Assembly (NCBI GenBank): GCA_951406725.2
Contig: OX597816.1
Span: forward strand, 122,202,001-122,266,000
DNA from: Octopus vulgaris
Lineage: Eukaryota
Length of the DNA: 64,000 nt
Direction of reading: 5' to 3'
Shown: piece after piece, positions 38,963 to 54,251 of the stretch
Position numbering within the stretch: position 1 is the first letter of the stretch
Layout of the letters: each line of letters opens with the position of its first letter
Notes under the pieces: generated by a model
The model's database searches: none
What the model saw: only the letters and a program-made list of their open reading frames with translations
What the model was told of the DNA's origin: nothing
Translations under genes and position numbers: made by a program

Positions 38963-41199
38963 GTCTGTCTGTTTGACTGTCTGTCTGTCTGTCTGTCTGT
39001 CTAACTGTCTGTCTTACTGACTGGCAACTGTCCTCGTAATTTCTGCCAACAAGTTCCGCCCACAGTCTAATTGTTAAATCAAAGCAATGACAAAAGCTTC
39101 TTGCCGAAATTGTCACGCAGTGGACGAGAAGACGGAACAACGCGGTTGGAAGGTGAGTTATTATTATTTTTTTACTAAGCAACCATAACAGTGCCTATAT
39201 GAACACAAGACAGTAAAAAAAGAATACGAATTATAGATAGAGTTTCATTCATTTTGTTAGTAAATCCACCCACACACATTTGCTATGCAAAGAATAAAGC
39301 TAAAATTAAACAAACTTATTCAAATATTTCTGAAAACCGATCAAATTTAAATCGATATTTATTTCCTACGTATAATACCAATTGTTGCATGAAACTCATA
39401 ATTAGTTTTCGCAATATCACTTTCCTTTTCACAATTTAAAAGGGACAATGAAATATTGTCAGTCTGAGTCTGATATACTCAAATTGTCTGTATCAAAGTA
39501 TTTGGAATACAATCGTTTTGCGTTTGACTCTGGGGAAAGTTGGCTGCAACTATATTTCTTTTATCAACAAATAATTATCTGCATTCAGAGTCATTAATTT
39601 TTAAATACTAGATGTTTTTTTCTGTCTGTGATATCAGCTTTCCAGTAGTGATGCAAAACTATATATCTCCTTTTATAAAAAAAAATTCATTTACCCACGT
39701 TGACATAAACATACTAAAGAACAGACACAGACGTTAATATATCTATTTACAGTAAATGTGACATAAAAGTAAACGTACGTTTTCCGAGTGAAGGATTTAT
39801 TGGAGATATTTAGACTTAAAAGAGTTTGTGAATCTTTGAGCAATTTTCTTTTCTAAACAGTAGACGTAGACAAAATACAAGGAAAAAAACACAAATAGTT
39901 CCTTATTTTGCATTCGAAACTATATTTAGTAATTCGTTATGTAAATATTACTATACTTATAATTTACATATGAGCAGCAGATTATATGTCAAATTTACTT
40001 TTCTCATATATTGGTTTGATTTGTCATATTTGAGAATTAATTTTGCTGCAAATAGGATTCTCTGTCTTATTAAATTTAAGCAGGGTTAAGAGGAATTTCA
40101 AGAAAAAACACCTGGATACCGATTAAGTTGTGAATCTTATAAAATCCGCTGCGAGATTTTATTAGAAAGAAACACGACCTTCAGTATCAAATTAATACAT
40201 AATTGATTCAAATGGGAAAATATAATCTAGCCTTCAGTAAAACTTAATAATACAGAGCTGTACACATCAATATTGGATATCATTAGAAACCCATGTTACT
40301 AGAATTCAGCCCAAACTATTCTAAAATGTTTACATCATCACAAAATGATAAAATCATTTGCTATCAAACTGAATATTAATCCATATCAAAATATTATTGT
40401 TGCTTGAGTGTGTGCATCACTTATCAACTTAATGCCAGGATGATCAGATTAGTTATTATAACCCTCAGTCGCCTCTGTCACACGATTACCTTAACGGTTA
40501 ACATCTCTTTTATTATAGCCCGAGGCTTTATTAGAAGACACCCAAGCTGCTAGAACTAGTGGAACTGAACCCGAAACCATGTGGTTGGGAAGCAAACTTC
40601 TGACCACCAAGCCCCTTGATGGTCATTTAGTAGGACCGTACTTATCTAACAATGTTTTCAGCATCATTTTATTTCATCATGAAAAGAGTACCTAAAATTA
40701 AACCTAGATTAACTAGGTCTGCCCTATCTATTAAGCATCTTAATTTCTGGTTAAATCTGTTGTTATTCCGGATGCAAATTAGTTGGAAAACTTTCTTTCA
40801 AGCGCTCATGGTTTTGCAATTCTGGTCAATATCCATAAACGCCAGCTCCGTAGTTTTGATATTATATTGATGTCCACTGACAGGAAGGCAAGAGGTATTC
40901 AAATCAGCATCTAAGGATTAGCTTGGATCTATTTAGAGACATGCATGAAAAAAGTTGCACGTATGGCTAAGAATACCTGGTATTAAAAGTTCTAAAACCT
41001 CAGAAGGATAACTTAGCTATCTTCTGTGTGAACAAAATGAAAAGCGAAGTGTTCCTCCCAAAAGTTTGGTGTCATAGTTTCGATGGAAAACATAGTTATA
41101 AGAACTTGTTCGAAATATTAAACGCGAAGTTGGTGAACATTTTGTGTTAACAAAATAATGATAGCGAGAACTTTAAAACACTATGTATATTTTATTTTC

Positions 41200-41487
41200 T
41201 GTTTTCTACCTGTTTCAGTCATTAGACTGCAGCCATGCTGGGGCAACGCCTTGAAAATTTTTAATCGAAAGAATCGATCCCAGTACTCATGTTCTTTTAA
41301 AAGCTGTTACTTATTCTATCGATCTTTTTTGCCGGATCTCAAAACACATCAATACTAGTTGTCAAGTGGTGGTGGTGGGACAAACACCCCACCTCACACA
41401 CACACACACTTGCACAAGGTGCCACATAATGTGACTGAACTCGTAACAATGTGGTTTGGAAGCAAACTTCTTGTTACATAGCCACAT
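41200..41487 (-). mobile_element. SINE family A, decayed
   Basis: TGTTTCAGTCATTAGACTGCAGCCATGCTGG tail and GCACAAGGTGCCAC..GAACTCG head on the reverse strand. Confidence 0.7.
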
Positions 41488-42310
41488 GAAGGCCATTTAG
41501 TATTAATAGAACCCTACGCATCTGTATCATTTTATTTTAATACGGGAAGAAAAGTCTAAAACAAGAAAAGAAAAAAAAGGACCATATCAATAAGTTCTGC
41601 AGAGAACAAAATAAACACTTAATCGTTTAAAAAAAAAACATCGTACATTTTGTTGGGTAAGTGAAACATAATGAGAAGATGTGAATAAATTTACGGTCCC
41701 TAACATCTGAACAAGTATAAGAACCAAAAGGCAAAAGCATGTATGAATAATTTGAATTCAGTTTAAAATAATGATTTTTTGCATAGATTTTCCACATTCA
41801 TAAAGGCATGAATGTCACGTATTTGTATTAAATACTATCCCAAGGTTCATTAATTAGGATTATTTTTATATAAAAGCTTGTCATTGATATCAGCCATTTC
41901 AGTTCCCGTCTTTGAAGTGTGCAACTAACTTTCCATATCTAATAACAGACAGACAGGTATTGCAGCAAAAAGCATTAAGCTGAACAATACAAAATACAAA
42001 ACAAAAGGGATTCCCTATACTCGACGCCATTTAAAAGCAGCAGTAACTGTAGTTTTCCGGTTATTAGTCAGAAATCCATCTATTAAACCATAATAGATGA
42101 AAATGAGATGTAATTTTCGACCTTATAATATCGAATTGCTATCGTTACTAAAGATATTGGGTTTCATGAAGTCAATCGAAACATTCCTCTAATTCATTAT
42201 CCATTTCCATACCACTGATTTAATTTCAATAAGCAATAATGATGAATAATGGGAGGGGGGATTTTAAACAGAAACGGTAACATGTTCCTCTGATGTTATA
42301 TAAACGTGCG

Positions 42311-42380
<70 letters not shown>

Positions 42381-43441
42381 CTCCCTCTCTCTCTCTCTAT
42401 CTATCTAACCAACCCCCCTCTTTTTATCCCCAAAAGAAAAGCTCTACCATGTAATTTGTCCCGTCTGTGTGCAGTCCTGTGTGGCTAATAAAGAAACATC
42501 TCTCTCTCTCTCTCTCTATCTATCTACCTACCTACCTACCTACCTACCTACCTACCTACCTACCTACCTACCTCTCTCTCTCTCTCTATCTATCTATCTG
42601 TCTGTCTGTCTGTCTGTCTGTCTGTCAGTTTGGCTATCTGTATATAGCGACAGAGAAAGAGAGAAAGAGAGAAAGAGAGAGAGAGAGAGCGAGAGCGAGA
42701 AAGCGAGAGAGAAAGAGAAAGAGAGAGAGAGCCAGTCATCATCCAAGCACGACTATGGCTTATTAACCTCTACTATGCTTTCACTAATTGTTTTAGGTGC
42801 CCATGTATGTCTGCATGCAAGTATAATAGGATGTATTACTTGCGATGTCACTGTTGGTATGCTATGGATGAAAGCTTGAAATCTGAATCTCAATTCGTAT
42901 TTCATAATGTTAATTTATAATAATCAGATCAAAGCAGCTGATCTTCCTCTTGAAATATATTTTACGTCCTTCTAAAATTATAAATTACTAAATTATATAG
43001 ACGGCAAATTTAGAAGAGCTCTGTACAAAGTAGTCTTTGTTATCTTACCCTTTGATTTGGGGATTAGGATCTCGTTCATGTTACCTTCCTATTTCGTCCC
43101 CCACAGAGATTCTAATATGAAGACTAAAATACTGAATTTAATATCACCTACTCCGTTACCCTAAAATCACTATAAATCAGTGTTCTTATACCTAAGTTAC
43201 AATTACTTTTATATAATTGATTGTGTGTTGCAAGTCACGGGCAAATCATGTCTACAACTAATTTTCGATTCTTGTTTACCCGTATTGCTTTTCTAAAACG
43301 ACTAAGGTGTTATAATGTTCAATTTCTCCTCCTGTGTTAATCTGTGGTCCAATTTAAAACCAACAAAAATTCCTGTTAACTGAGTCATAGACAAGGAGGA
43401 GGCCCAGTTTCGATTATCAGCTGGCATTATTTTAACTTACG

Positions 43442-43655
43442 AAGGCGGTATCAGGCAGAATCGTTACCGTTCCGGACAAAATTTTTAGCGGTATATCGTC
43501 CGTCTTTACGTTCTGAGTTCATAATTCTGTCGAGGCCAACTTTGCCTTTCATTCTTTCAGGGTCTATAAAATAAGTACCAGTCAAGTACATGAGGCAATG
43601 TAAGGGACCAGCTACCTACCCAAAATTTCAGACCTTGTACCTGTAGAAGAAAGGA
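43442..43655 (+). mobile_element. SINE family B
   Basis: GGCAGAATCGTTA...GCCTTTCATTCTTTCAGGGTCTATAAAATAAGTACCAGT. Confidence 0.75.
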
Positions 43656-46036
43656 TTATTTTCATAAACGATTCTAATTTCGTAGAAAATTTCAGATTTG
43701 TTTTTAAACAATTCAACAAAAAAAAGCAAAACCAAAAAAACCCCTAAAAATAACAACAAACACAAAAATAAAAAATGTTTTAGTCCTCTGATTTTGCATA
43801 ATAGCAGAAATTTATTAAACTTATATTGAGGTCAGTGGATGCTGAAAGTAATAGTCCCTAAATAGTAGCTATCTCTGCATCAATAGTGTTAAAATTAGAC
43901 AACTCTACGTCAAGTAAAGAAGTAGAAAGCAATATAGTTTATTATTATAAAGGTGTGAGTAATCTAAATTTCTTGCGTAGGTTGTCACTTAATTTATTTC
44001 AATACCAGACCAGCTGCTTTGTTCTGATTTTATAGATTTAACAATGTGAAATACATTTTGAATGTCAGATCAAGTTCATTTAAAGTGTACCAAGGCAGAC
44101 CTATATGATATAAACGGAAAAAGCAACGGCTAAGAAAAAAGATGTAAAAGGACACAGTTAAAGTAACAAAAGAAAGCAAAGTTGTTGGTCGGAAAAAAGA
44201 TCAAATTGTCTACATGCCTTGTTATTACTTATTAACACTAAAGTTGACCCTGAAGTTGATCTGAAGTGACGTGAATATTTAATGTTGAGAAATTAAACTA
44301 AACTGAAGGCAGCTAATTATTTAAACCATTTCTCACACACCGCTCACCTTAAATGTTGTTTAGTAATCTTGTAATGCTGAGATGAAATCCTTCTACATCC
44401 GAGGTACTTGTATATTTGGTCCAAAGTACAAATATATTTCAACCAAATATACAACTATCAAACCAAAGTGGATATGTAGAAAAAGGAATAAGCCTCACAA
44501 TAATCTTTTATTCTTTGCAAGAATTTTAAGAAATCTGAAACTTTCATGTGCATGACTGAAATAATAAATACCTTAAAGCAAATCCTACTATTTTGGAACA
44601 ATAGTTTGCGAAACGGTTTCAGTTCCTTATGAAATAGCGCTTCTGACCATAAGCTTAAGTATGAAATCAGTATTATCATATTTATACGGACCGTAGGTTG
44701 GTGGAACTGGCCGTCTGTCAGCAAAAATGCTTTTCGATATTCTTTTCTACTCTAGGCACAAGGCTCGAAATTCTGGGGGAGGGAGTCAGTCGGTTAGATC
44801 GACCCCAGTACGCAACTGGTGCTTTTCTGAGTTAAAATCCTGCCGGAGATAACTTTTCTCTTTACACTACTGACTTCTAAAACACTGGTCATATAGCGGC
44901 ATACTGGAATCAATATAATAGGCCATAATCACTTAGAAATATGCATTTCACACCACGGTTACAGTGAAATTTAACTTCCTGTGCTAGTGGGTCACACAGC
45001 TTCAACACTTATTACCCGTCAACCAACATGAACTTCTTACAATTAGACCGAAATATATCATTAACGGGATCATGCGGAAACCAATGTGCAACAGATTCGC
45101 CAACCCAAACCAGTCATGTCGACTGCTTACTTACAAATTTCTAACATTTTACCAGTATGCGATATGCTATGTTTTATTTTCTCTGAAGAATATTATCAGC
45201 AGTCTGGAATAAAAAAATCTGACAGTTATAGATAACATTATTTGAAAGGCAATAATTTTTACTTTCTTCCAAACATTAGTCTTTCAGTTTTCTCCTGAAA
45301 AAACAATAAGAGAAACAAAAAAATCAAAGACGAAGCAAAAAATGGGAACAACAAAATATCTTTCAAGCACAAGAAGCAGAAGCTCGTAAACATTGAGATA
45401 AATATGTCATATATTTATAAAAAAAAGACTCCAAGCAAACAATCCATAAAAAACACCCACTTACACGAAAAAAAGAGATGCACAATTTCATTGTTTCATA
45501 GTGACTCTAGTTTATAGCTGTGACTTCTTAGAAAAGGAGAGATCCATCAATTGTATGCATCACCGATTCTGCGCAAAGCAGATAAACAAATATACATAAG
45601 ATTGTTACAGTGACAGTTGGTTTAATGGTAAATAGTCAACATGAGGTGCAATATCAAACATATTTCCTGGAAACCACATGGAAGGGAGACACACCGTTTC
45701 CGAGTTGTTTTCACTTAAAAGCAACAATTAAAAGAAAATTCAAAGCCGTGCGTTTCATTTTGGTAGTGTCCACTTGAGTGATTTCAAATTAATCGATAAT
45801 ATTCGGATTACATATGAATTAATTTTTAAAAATCTTTAAGTGTTATTGACGTGGGGACTATTTACTAATTACTGACCAATCACTAGCAAAACACAGTCAA
45901 CACTAAAAAAACACCCAAAAAAATAAATGCACTTCTTAAATGTATTCAGTGTAATTTTTTTTTATCTATGCTTTTGCAGAAATCTTTCACAGTTACGTAT
46001 ATATACAGTAATATAAATAACTCCACGAATTCCACG

Positions 46037-46094
<58 letters not shown>

Positions 46095-46261
46095 TATTCA
46101 TAAATGTTCTAAAATCTTCACAGCCTTGGTTTTTTATCTCATTCTGAAAAAACATTATACATGTATATATATATATAAATCTCCACTGTACACACACACG
46201 CTCACTTCAAGGCAGTGCCCCAATATGGCTACCGATAAATGACTGAAAGATGTAAGATAAA

Positions 46262-46294
<33 letters not shown>

Positions 46295-46333
46295 GAGAGA
46301 GAGAGATAGATAGATAGACAGATAGATAGACAC

Positions 46334-46364
<31 letters not shown>

Positions 46365-46385
46365 TACACTCACACACACACTTCT

Positions 46386-46506
46386 GGAGTCGCGTGGCAT
46401 AAACCTTAGGATGCTGCGCTCATGTTCGTAAGATGGTGGTTTCGATTTCTCAACAGAGCGAAATCTTGTGTTCTTGAGCAAAGCACTTCATTTCACATTG
46501 CTCCAG
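46386..46506 (+). mobile_element. SINE family C head fragment
   Basis: GGTTTCGATTTC...GTTCTTGAGCAAAGCACTTCATTTCACATTGCTCCAG. Confidence 0.65.
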
Positions 46507-47331
46507 ATATTCACACGTACTTGCATATACATATTTATATGTGTGTGTAAGTACACATATACACACGTACAAGACACACACACACTTAACCGCGCACACA
46601 GTATATATCCTTCTCACCTCATACTCCCTCTCTGATACACATACACACACCCTCACGCATACGTAATACTCTTGTCCACGATACTCACAAGCGCACACAT
46701 GCAAAGGCAATACATGCAAATATAATACGTGCATACGCATACACACACACACACACACACAAATACAAATGCATTGATACACGCACTCACACAGATGCAC
46801 ATATATTCAGTTTCCTAACCTGAATTTCCTTTTGCTACTGACCAACATAACCACAACACACACACACACACGCACAAGCCACTCACAACCCTTACACATA
46901 CAGACACATACAAGAAATACATAACACATACACACAACGCACACATGTAGCCACAAGCACACGCTCGCAGATCCATATTCACACGCACATAAACACACAC
47001 ATGGAGTAATTATGCACTCTTCTACCTTCGAAAACCATATTTTCTCTCTCTCCAACTTAGTTTTCTTTATATCATGGTGTTATTCATATGTCTTTCTCTT
47101 AAATCTTCGTTCCTTCCTCCTCTTCCTTCTTTTCCTATTCTCTGGACATTCTCCTAGATATGTGAGGTTGTGTTCAAGACATATTTTTTTTCTAACTCGC
47201 CTTCTAAAACCTTCATCGAACTTCAAACAAATAGTACCCACTGCGATCATCCCTTTGATTTTTGTTGTTTTTGATTTGCCAATTATACAAACATAAGTAC
47301 ACACAAACACATGCGTGTATATACACAAGTA

Positions 47332-47401
<70 letters not shown>

Positions 47402-47639
47402 CATACACACACAGATACATATTTCTTGAAGACAAAAATGTCTTTGTAGCAATTAGATGTATTTTTAATATTCTGCCTTAATATAATTTACATTAAGATT
47501 TGCAATATATATATTGTGTATTCCTTTTCTCCTTGATTATGCAATTCGTTCTCCTTTAATCACACAGACACACAAATACATTTCTACAAGTATGCACATA
47601 GAAATATACACATGCACACACATATCCCTCACTCATTCA

Positions 47640-47719
<80 letters not shown>

Positions 47720-47852
47720 TGTATATATGTATATATACGTATATATATATGTATATATGTATATATATGTATATATATATATAATATATATGTATATATG
47801 TATATATACGTATATATATATATAATATATATATGTATATATGTATATATAT

Positions 47853-48888
<1,036 letters not shown>

Positions 48889-48899
48889 TGTGTGTGTGT

Positions 48900-49181
48900 G
48901 GAGGCGCAATGGCCTAGTGGTTAGGGCAGCGGACTCGCGGTCGTAAGATCGCGGTTTCGATTCCCAGACCGGGCGTTGTGAGTGTTTATTGAGCGAAAAC
49001 ACCTAAAAGGTCCACGAGGCTCCGGCAGGGAGTGGTGATCCCTGCTGTACTCTTTCACCACTCTTTCTTCTGTTGGCCTGCTCGCTTAGCCAGCGGGGTG
49101 GCGTCATTCGAAGGCTAAAACAATGCGAACGCATTGTGACCAGCGATGTGTAACTACGGTCATGTGATGGTGATAGTGATG
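48900..49181 (+). mobile_element. Young tRNA-derived SINE (family D)
   Basis: A box TGGCCTAGTGG 48910-48920, B box GGTTTCGATTCC 48953-48964, CpG-rich body, GTGATG-type tail. Confidence 0.8.
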
Positions 49182-49182
49182 G

Positions 49183-49221
<39 letters not shown>

Positions 49222-49317
49222 TATAATATATGTATATATGTATATATATATATATAATATATGTATATATGTATATATATATATATGAGTGTATATATAT
49301 ATATAAAACTATATATA

Positions 49318-51481
49318 CATCGTCACAACTTTGTAGACACCGTCACAAACATATGTGCAAAACACTCCCCACCAAGACCTGTGAACAAAAAGGTGCAGAA
49401 TCCCCCAAAACAGAAAAGCTATTATCAGGAAAATAAAAAGAACAAACAAAAAAATTAACAAACTAAAATACTGCCAACAGCAACACACACATTCGACGGC
49501 TATCGCACTGCTTGAATCCAAAAAATATAACCTCCAACAATGCATGAAGACCCTCATCAATAACCAAAGATCAGTTGAGGAGAAGTGGGCCATTGAAAAA
49601 ATCAAACTCAACCCCAAAGTGTTCTTTTCATTTGCGAGGAAACGCAGGGTCACTGTCTCCACTGTAGGCCCTCTAATTGATGAAACTGGCACTCTCCAAG
49701 ATAATGCCAAATCCATGGGCGAGATACTGCAGAAACAATACTGCTCTGTTTTCAGCAATCCTGATATGGCCGATCTGGGCTGTATCAGTGATGTCAACCC
49801 CCAACACACTATATCGGACATAACGTTTGATGCCCCTGATGTCTTAGCGGCGATAAACGAAATAAAACACAATTCAGCAGCAGGCCCCGATAGGTTCCCT
49901 GCTTGTGTCCTGAAGGTGTGTCGACACCAACTTGCATCTCCCCTTGCTAATCCCCGGAGAAACTCACTGGATGCTGGCTATATTCCTAAAAACTTTCTGT
50001 CCCAGTCTGTTGTCCTAGTTTTCAAAAAGGGAAACAAGTCCCTTGCAGTGAACTACCGTCCGATCTCACTCACCTCTCATATCATCAAGGTATTTGAGAG
50101 GGTGGTGAGATCTCGAATAACCCAATTTCTGGAAAGCAACAGACGGCTGATCTCTAACCAACATGGGTTCCGTAATGGAAGGGACTGCCTAACGCAGCTC
50201 CTGCATCACTTTGATGACATTTTGAGAGCTTTGGGAGAGGGCTCCAACACCGATGTCATCTACCTTGATTTCAGCAAGGCCTTCGACAGGGTCGATCACA
50301 AGATCCTATTGAAAAAACTATCCAACATTGGTGTCTCTGGAAAGTTACTGAAATGGATCAAGTGTTTCCTGACAGACAGATCTCAACATGTTGTAGTTGA
50401 AGGAGTAAAATCAAGCCTAGCCAAAGTCATTAGTGGCGTTGCGCAAGGCACTGTGCTGGGCCCACTTCTTTTCATCATCTACATTAATGACATTAATGAC
50501 ATCATCAAGCACAGCAACATAAAAATCTTTGCAGATGATTCCAAGCTCCAGAGGGTCATAAATGAGGCGAGTGACGGGACATGCCTTCAGTCAGATCTAC
50601 TGGCTGTTATCCAATGGGCAGAAAAGAACAATATGCTGCTGAACGAGGATAAATTCGAGTTAATCTACTTTGGAAAAGAGGATGCCCTGAAACTCCCATA
50701 CTCCCTTCCTTCAGGTGAAAATCTCGTGGCATCCAACAACATCAGAGACTTGGGAGTAATCGGGGACAACAACATAAGCTGGGCCACTCATATAAACACC
50801 AAAGTTGACATGGCCCGCAGAATGTGTTCCTGGATTCTCAGAACTTTCCAGTCGAGAGATATCCACACCATTATCCTTCTCTTCTCCACTTTTGCCCGAC
50901 CCCACCTTGAATACTGTTGTCCACTGTGGTCTCCCCACACAAAACAAAGTATCATAAAAGTTGAAGCACCTCAAAGGTCAATCACAAAAAAGATAGGTGG
51001 CATGACAGGCCTCGACTATTGGGGTCGACTAGAAAAGCTAAAACTTTATTCTCTCCAACGTTGCCGTGAGCGCTACATCATCTGCATGATGTGAAAAATA
51101 TTCCATCAGCATCGCCCAAATGATGTTGGCATCACCTTTAAGGTACAGCCAAGGCTTGGGCCCCGTGCCATCCGCCAACAACAAAAATCGCACTCTCATC
51201 TCATAACAACAATACGGCACAATTATTTCACCTCAATTGGCCCCGCTCTCTTTAACATTACACCAAAACACATTAAAACAGAAACAGACCCTATAGGGTT
51301 CAAGAAGTCTTTGGACAGATTCCTTCAAGAAATCCCGGATAAACCTCCTACACCCGGATATGTCTCTGTAAACAATAACTCTCTACTTGAGTAGGCCATA
51401 GTGCCCAAATTCTGACTTGAAAGACTTCACCAGGTGGTGCTATTAAGTTAGACATGGCCGAAACCTATCAAAGTATCAAAG
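49318..51481 (+). mobile_element. 5'-truncated CR1/L2-group LINE in (TA)n
   Basis: RT ORF plus 3' UTR CAGGTGGTGCTATTAAGTTAGACATGGC and tail (TATCAAAG)2; TA arrays on both sides. Confidence 0.92.
49544..51094 (+). pseudogene. LINE reverse transcriptase ORF (truncated; premature TGA, frame continues to ~51390)
   Basis: AGPD, NYRPISLTS, QHGF, LDFSKAFD, GVAQGTVLGP, FADD, RDLGV motifs. Confidence 0.9.
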
Positions 51482-51523
51482 TATATATATGTATATATAT
51501 ATATGTATGTATATAAATATATA

Positions 51524-51559
<36 letters not shown>

Positions 51560-51609
51560 TGTATGTATGTATGTATGTATGTATGTATGTATGTATGTAT
51601 GTATGTATG

Positions 51610-51667
<58 letters not shown>

Positions 51668-53555
51668 TTCACTAGATATTTCGGAAATATTCTGTAACAG
51701 CTCCTTAAATGGTTGTTATTTGAGAAGATATATCCAATCCATTGGACATTTACGCTGCATCATCGTTACAGCTCTGTTCTCGTAATGAAAGGAAAACCCA
51801 CTTATGTATCAATGGAAAATGACAGAAAGCATATTCAATTGTACATTTTCCAATCTTTTCGCTCATTACATACGCTCTTAAATTTGAAATATTGCATCCC
51901 ATCTTGTTTTGTTGCTAGGCTTATTAATTTATGCCTGGATGATGCTCGTTATCTAGACGTAAAAAAAAAATCTGAAAATAATGACTTGAACATTTTGAAA
52001 TATACGAGATTTCATTGTATAATATAAAGCAATTTATTTTGCTGCTCAAAATGATTAAACAGCAGGTGTCTTTGTACGTCTGTCTGTTTGTATATTTGTC
52101 TGTCTCTTTCCTAATATGTATATGCATGTACATACGCATGGGTTCATATATTATGTTAAAAAACTCTGATCAACTGACGATATGCATGCAATTAGTAATA
52201 AAACTCCCTATAGGAGCAGTGAGGCACAAAAGCATACTTTGCACTCCAGTTATTGGTCATACTAGAGTTGCACTACTCGGCGAAGGTTTTCCAGTTCTGA
52301 GGGCCGAGTGAAACTTTCCTTGTGTCGTAGGCCTTGTTTTTTATCCCACAACAGCTGCAGCGTAGCTACAAGCAAAGCACTTGGGAAGATTGGGATATTG
52401 ACTTTTTGTTTTATGTTGGGGATGTAAAGGAAGATACCTTCAGTCTTCTGTGTAGCTGTTTCTGATTGGCCAGGATAAGGCACATGTGCCACCAAGGGTA
52501 ATTGGCATAAAACTGGCAGACCTTCGACCAGTCAACTCTAAATTGAGGCTCCCTCATTAGTCATTCTACCTGTCACACATAGCAGTGATCTCTCTTTCAA
52601 ACGACAGCCTAATGTCCATTCAAAATGAATGACTCATTGGTTAAGGTTGCCTTGGATATAGAGAAAGTCATGATTATTCTGACTGAGACAGTTCTAATTG
52701 TAGAGTCTTCTGGATTAGTGGTAACTCGAGGGATAAACAGCATCTACAATAATAATCAAAAGAATGTCTCTTGCTCTTCATTACGTGCCCTATATAACAA
52801 ATACCACTGTATTCATGGAATGTTTCGTCATTTGTTATTAGGATGACATTTCTGTGAATTAAATAATGAATTCTAATATAGATATTGACCCCAAACTTTC
52901 TTTGGAGGAGAGGGTATTGTTGATTAGATCTACCCCACACTTGACCGGCACTTATTTTATCGGGAACTGAACGATAAAGGCAATGTAAACTCAGAGTAAA
53001 TATCAATTCAAACGTTAATAAACGTAGTCATGTGGCCCGCTGCTCTATCTATTCTGTAATCTAAAGTTCTAAAATAAATAGTATTGATTTCTATTTTGTA
53101 TTTAGACTAGTAAGTAGATTCTTCAATAAAAACTAGTGTATCACAAGAATGTATTTTGGAGACTCAGAACTAGCGGCTAATTAAACATAATTGGAATTTT
53201 ACTCGGAACATAGAGAAATGAAATTAAATACAGATAAGAATTTAGTTTGAATACGCATTGTTTCTCTTCTGCCACTACACTGTTTCTCATAGGATAAAAT
53301 AAACATTGATTCCTCATGTAGGTATAAGAACGTATATTATTTGGGGAAGGACATAGTCGATTATATCTAGGTAGAAAAGCATATATTGGAGAGTGATGTC
53401 GCCGATTATATTCATTAGTATAATTAATTAGAGGAAAGGCAAGTTGAGCACACGAGATTTGAACTCAAAGCTTGAGAGTCGTAAAAAATACTGCATCATA
53501 TGTTACAAAGATCTTATATCATGAATTTCATAGTAGACATAATTTTATGAGTAGA

Positions 53556-53870
53556 GGGAGAGCATCATGGTCATGTGTTGAGGAGGAGTCTTTGGAGTTA
53601 TTCACGCCTAGAAATATGGGTGTTTCGTTCATCATCCTTAAACACCGATAGTTAGACACCCTTTGAGCGGGATGAGCTACTCGGCTTGAAGAAACTTCTA
53701 AGTGGGCCGCAGCTGCAAGGTTATGTTGATATGAGGTCAGCGGGTCACATAAACATGATTGTGTTGCATTGCCTGGGGTGCCCTTATCAGACGGGTAGTC
53801 GTGATGAGTATATTGCGCTTCGTATCATTGTACCGCAGTGTCACTTTGATGGCTTATGCAGCTCTCTCTC
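53556..53870. repeat. Unclassified ~310-bp GC-richer element next to (TAA)n
   Basis: Sharp compositional boundaries; short terminal inversion GAGAGC / GCTCTC; abuts TAA array 53871-53980. Confidence 0.35.
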
Positions 53871-53925
53871 AATAATAATATTAGTAATAATAATGATGAT
53901 GATGATGATAATAATAATAATAATG

Positions 53926-53980
<55 letters not shown>

Positions 53981-54214
53981 TAAATCCAAGATTATGTGAA
54001 AAAGTGTGAAGACCGTCAATTGACTTTTTTTATAAAAGTATTAAAAGATTATTTGGAAATTAAAGAGAGAAGCGAAGGGTAGATTCGGACAGTCCGTAAA
54101 CCAAGAATTAAAAAAAAATTGGGTAAGACAGAATCGAAAATACTTTGTAAAAATTTGTAAAAATACAAAAGTTATGAGGGATTCTAGAACGTGCTTACAC
54201 CATAATTCCGCTCA

Positions 54215-54250
<36 letters not shown>

Positions 54251-54251
<1 letters not shown>

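Noticed and set aside
48900-48975. tRNA gene
   Set aside because: A and B boxes are present, but the acceptor stem does not close and the sequence continues into a SINE body and tail
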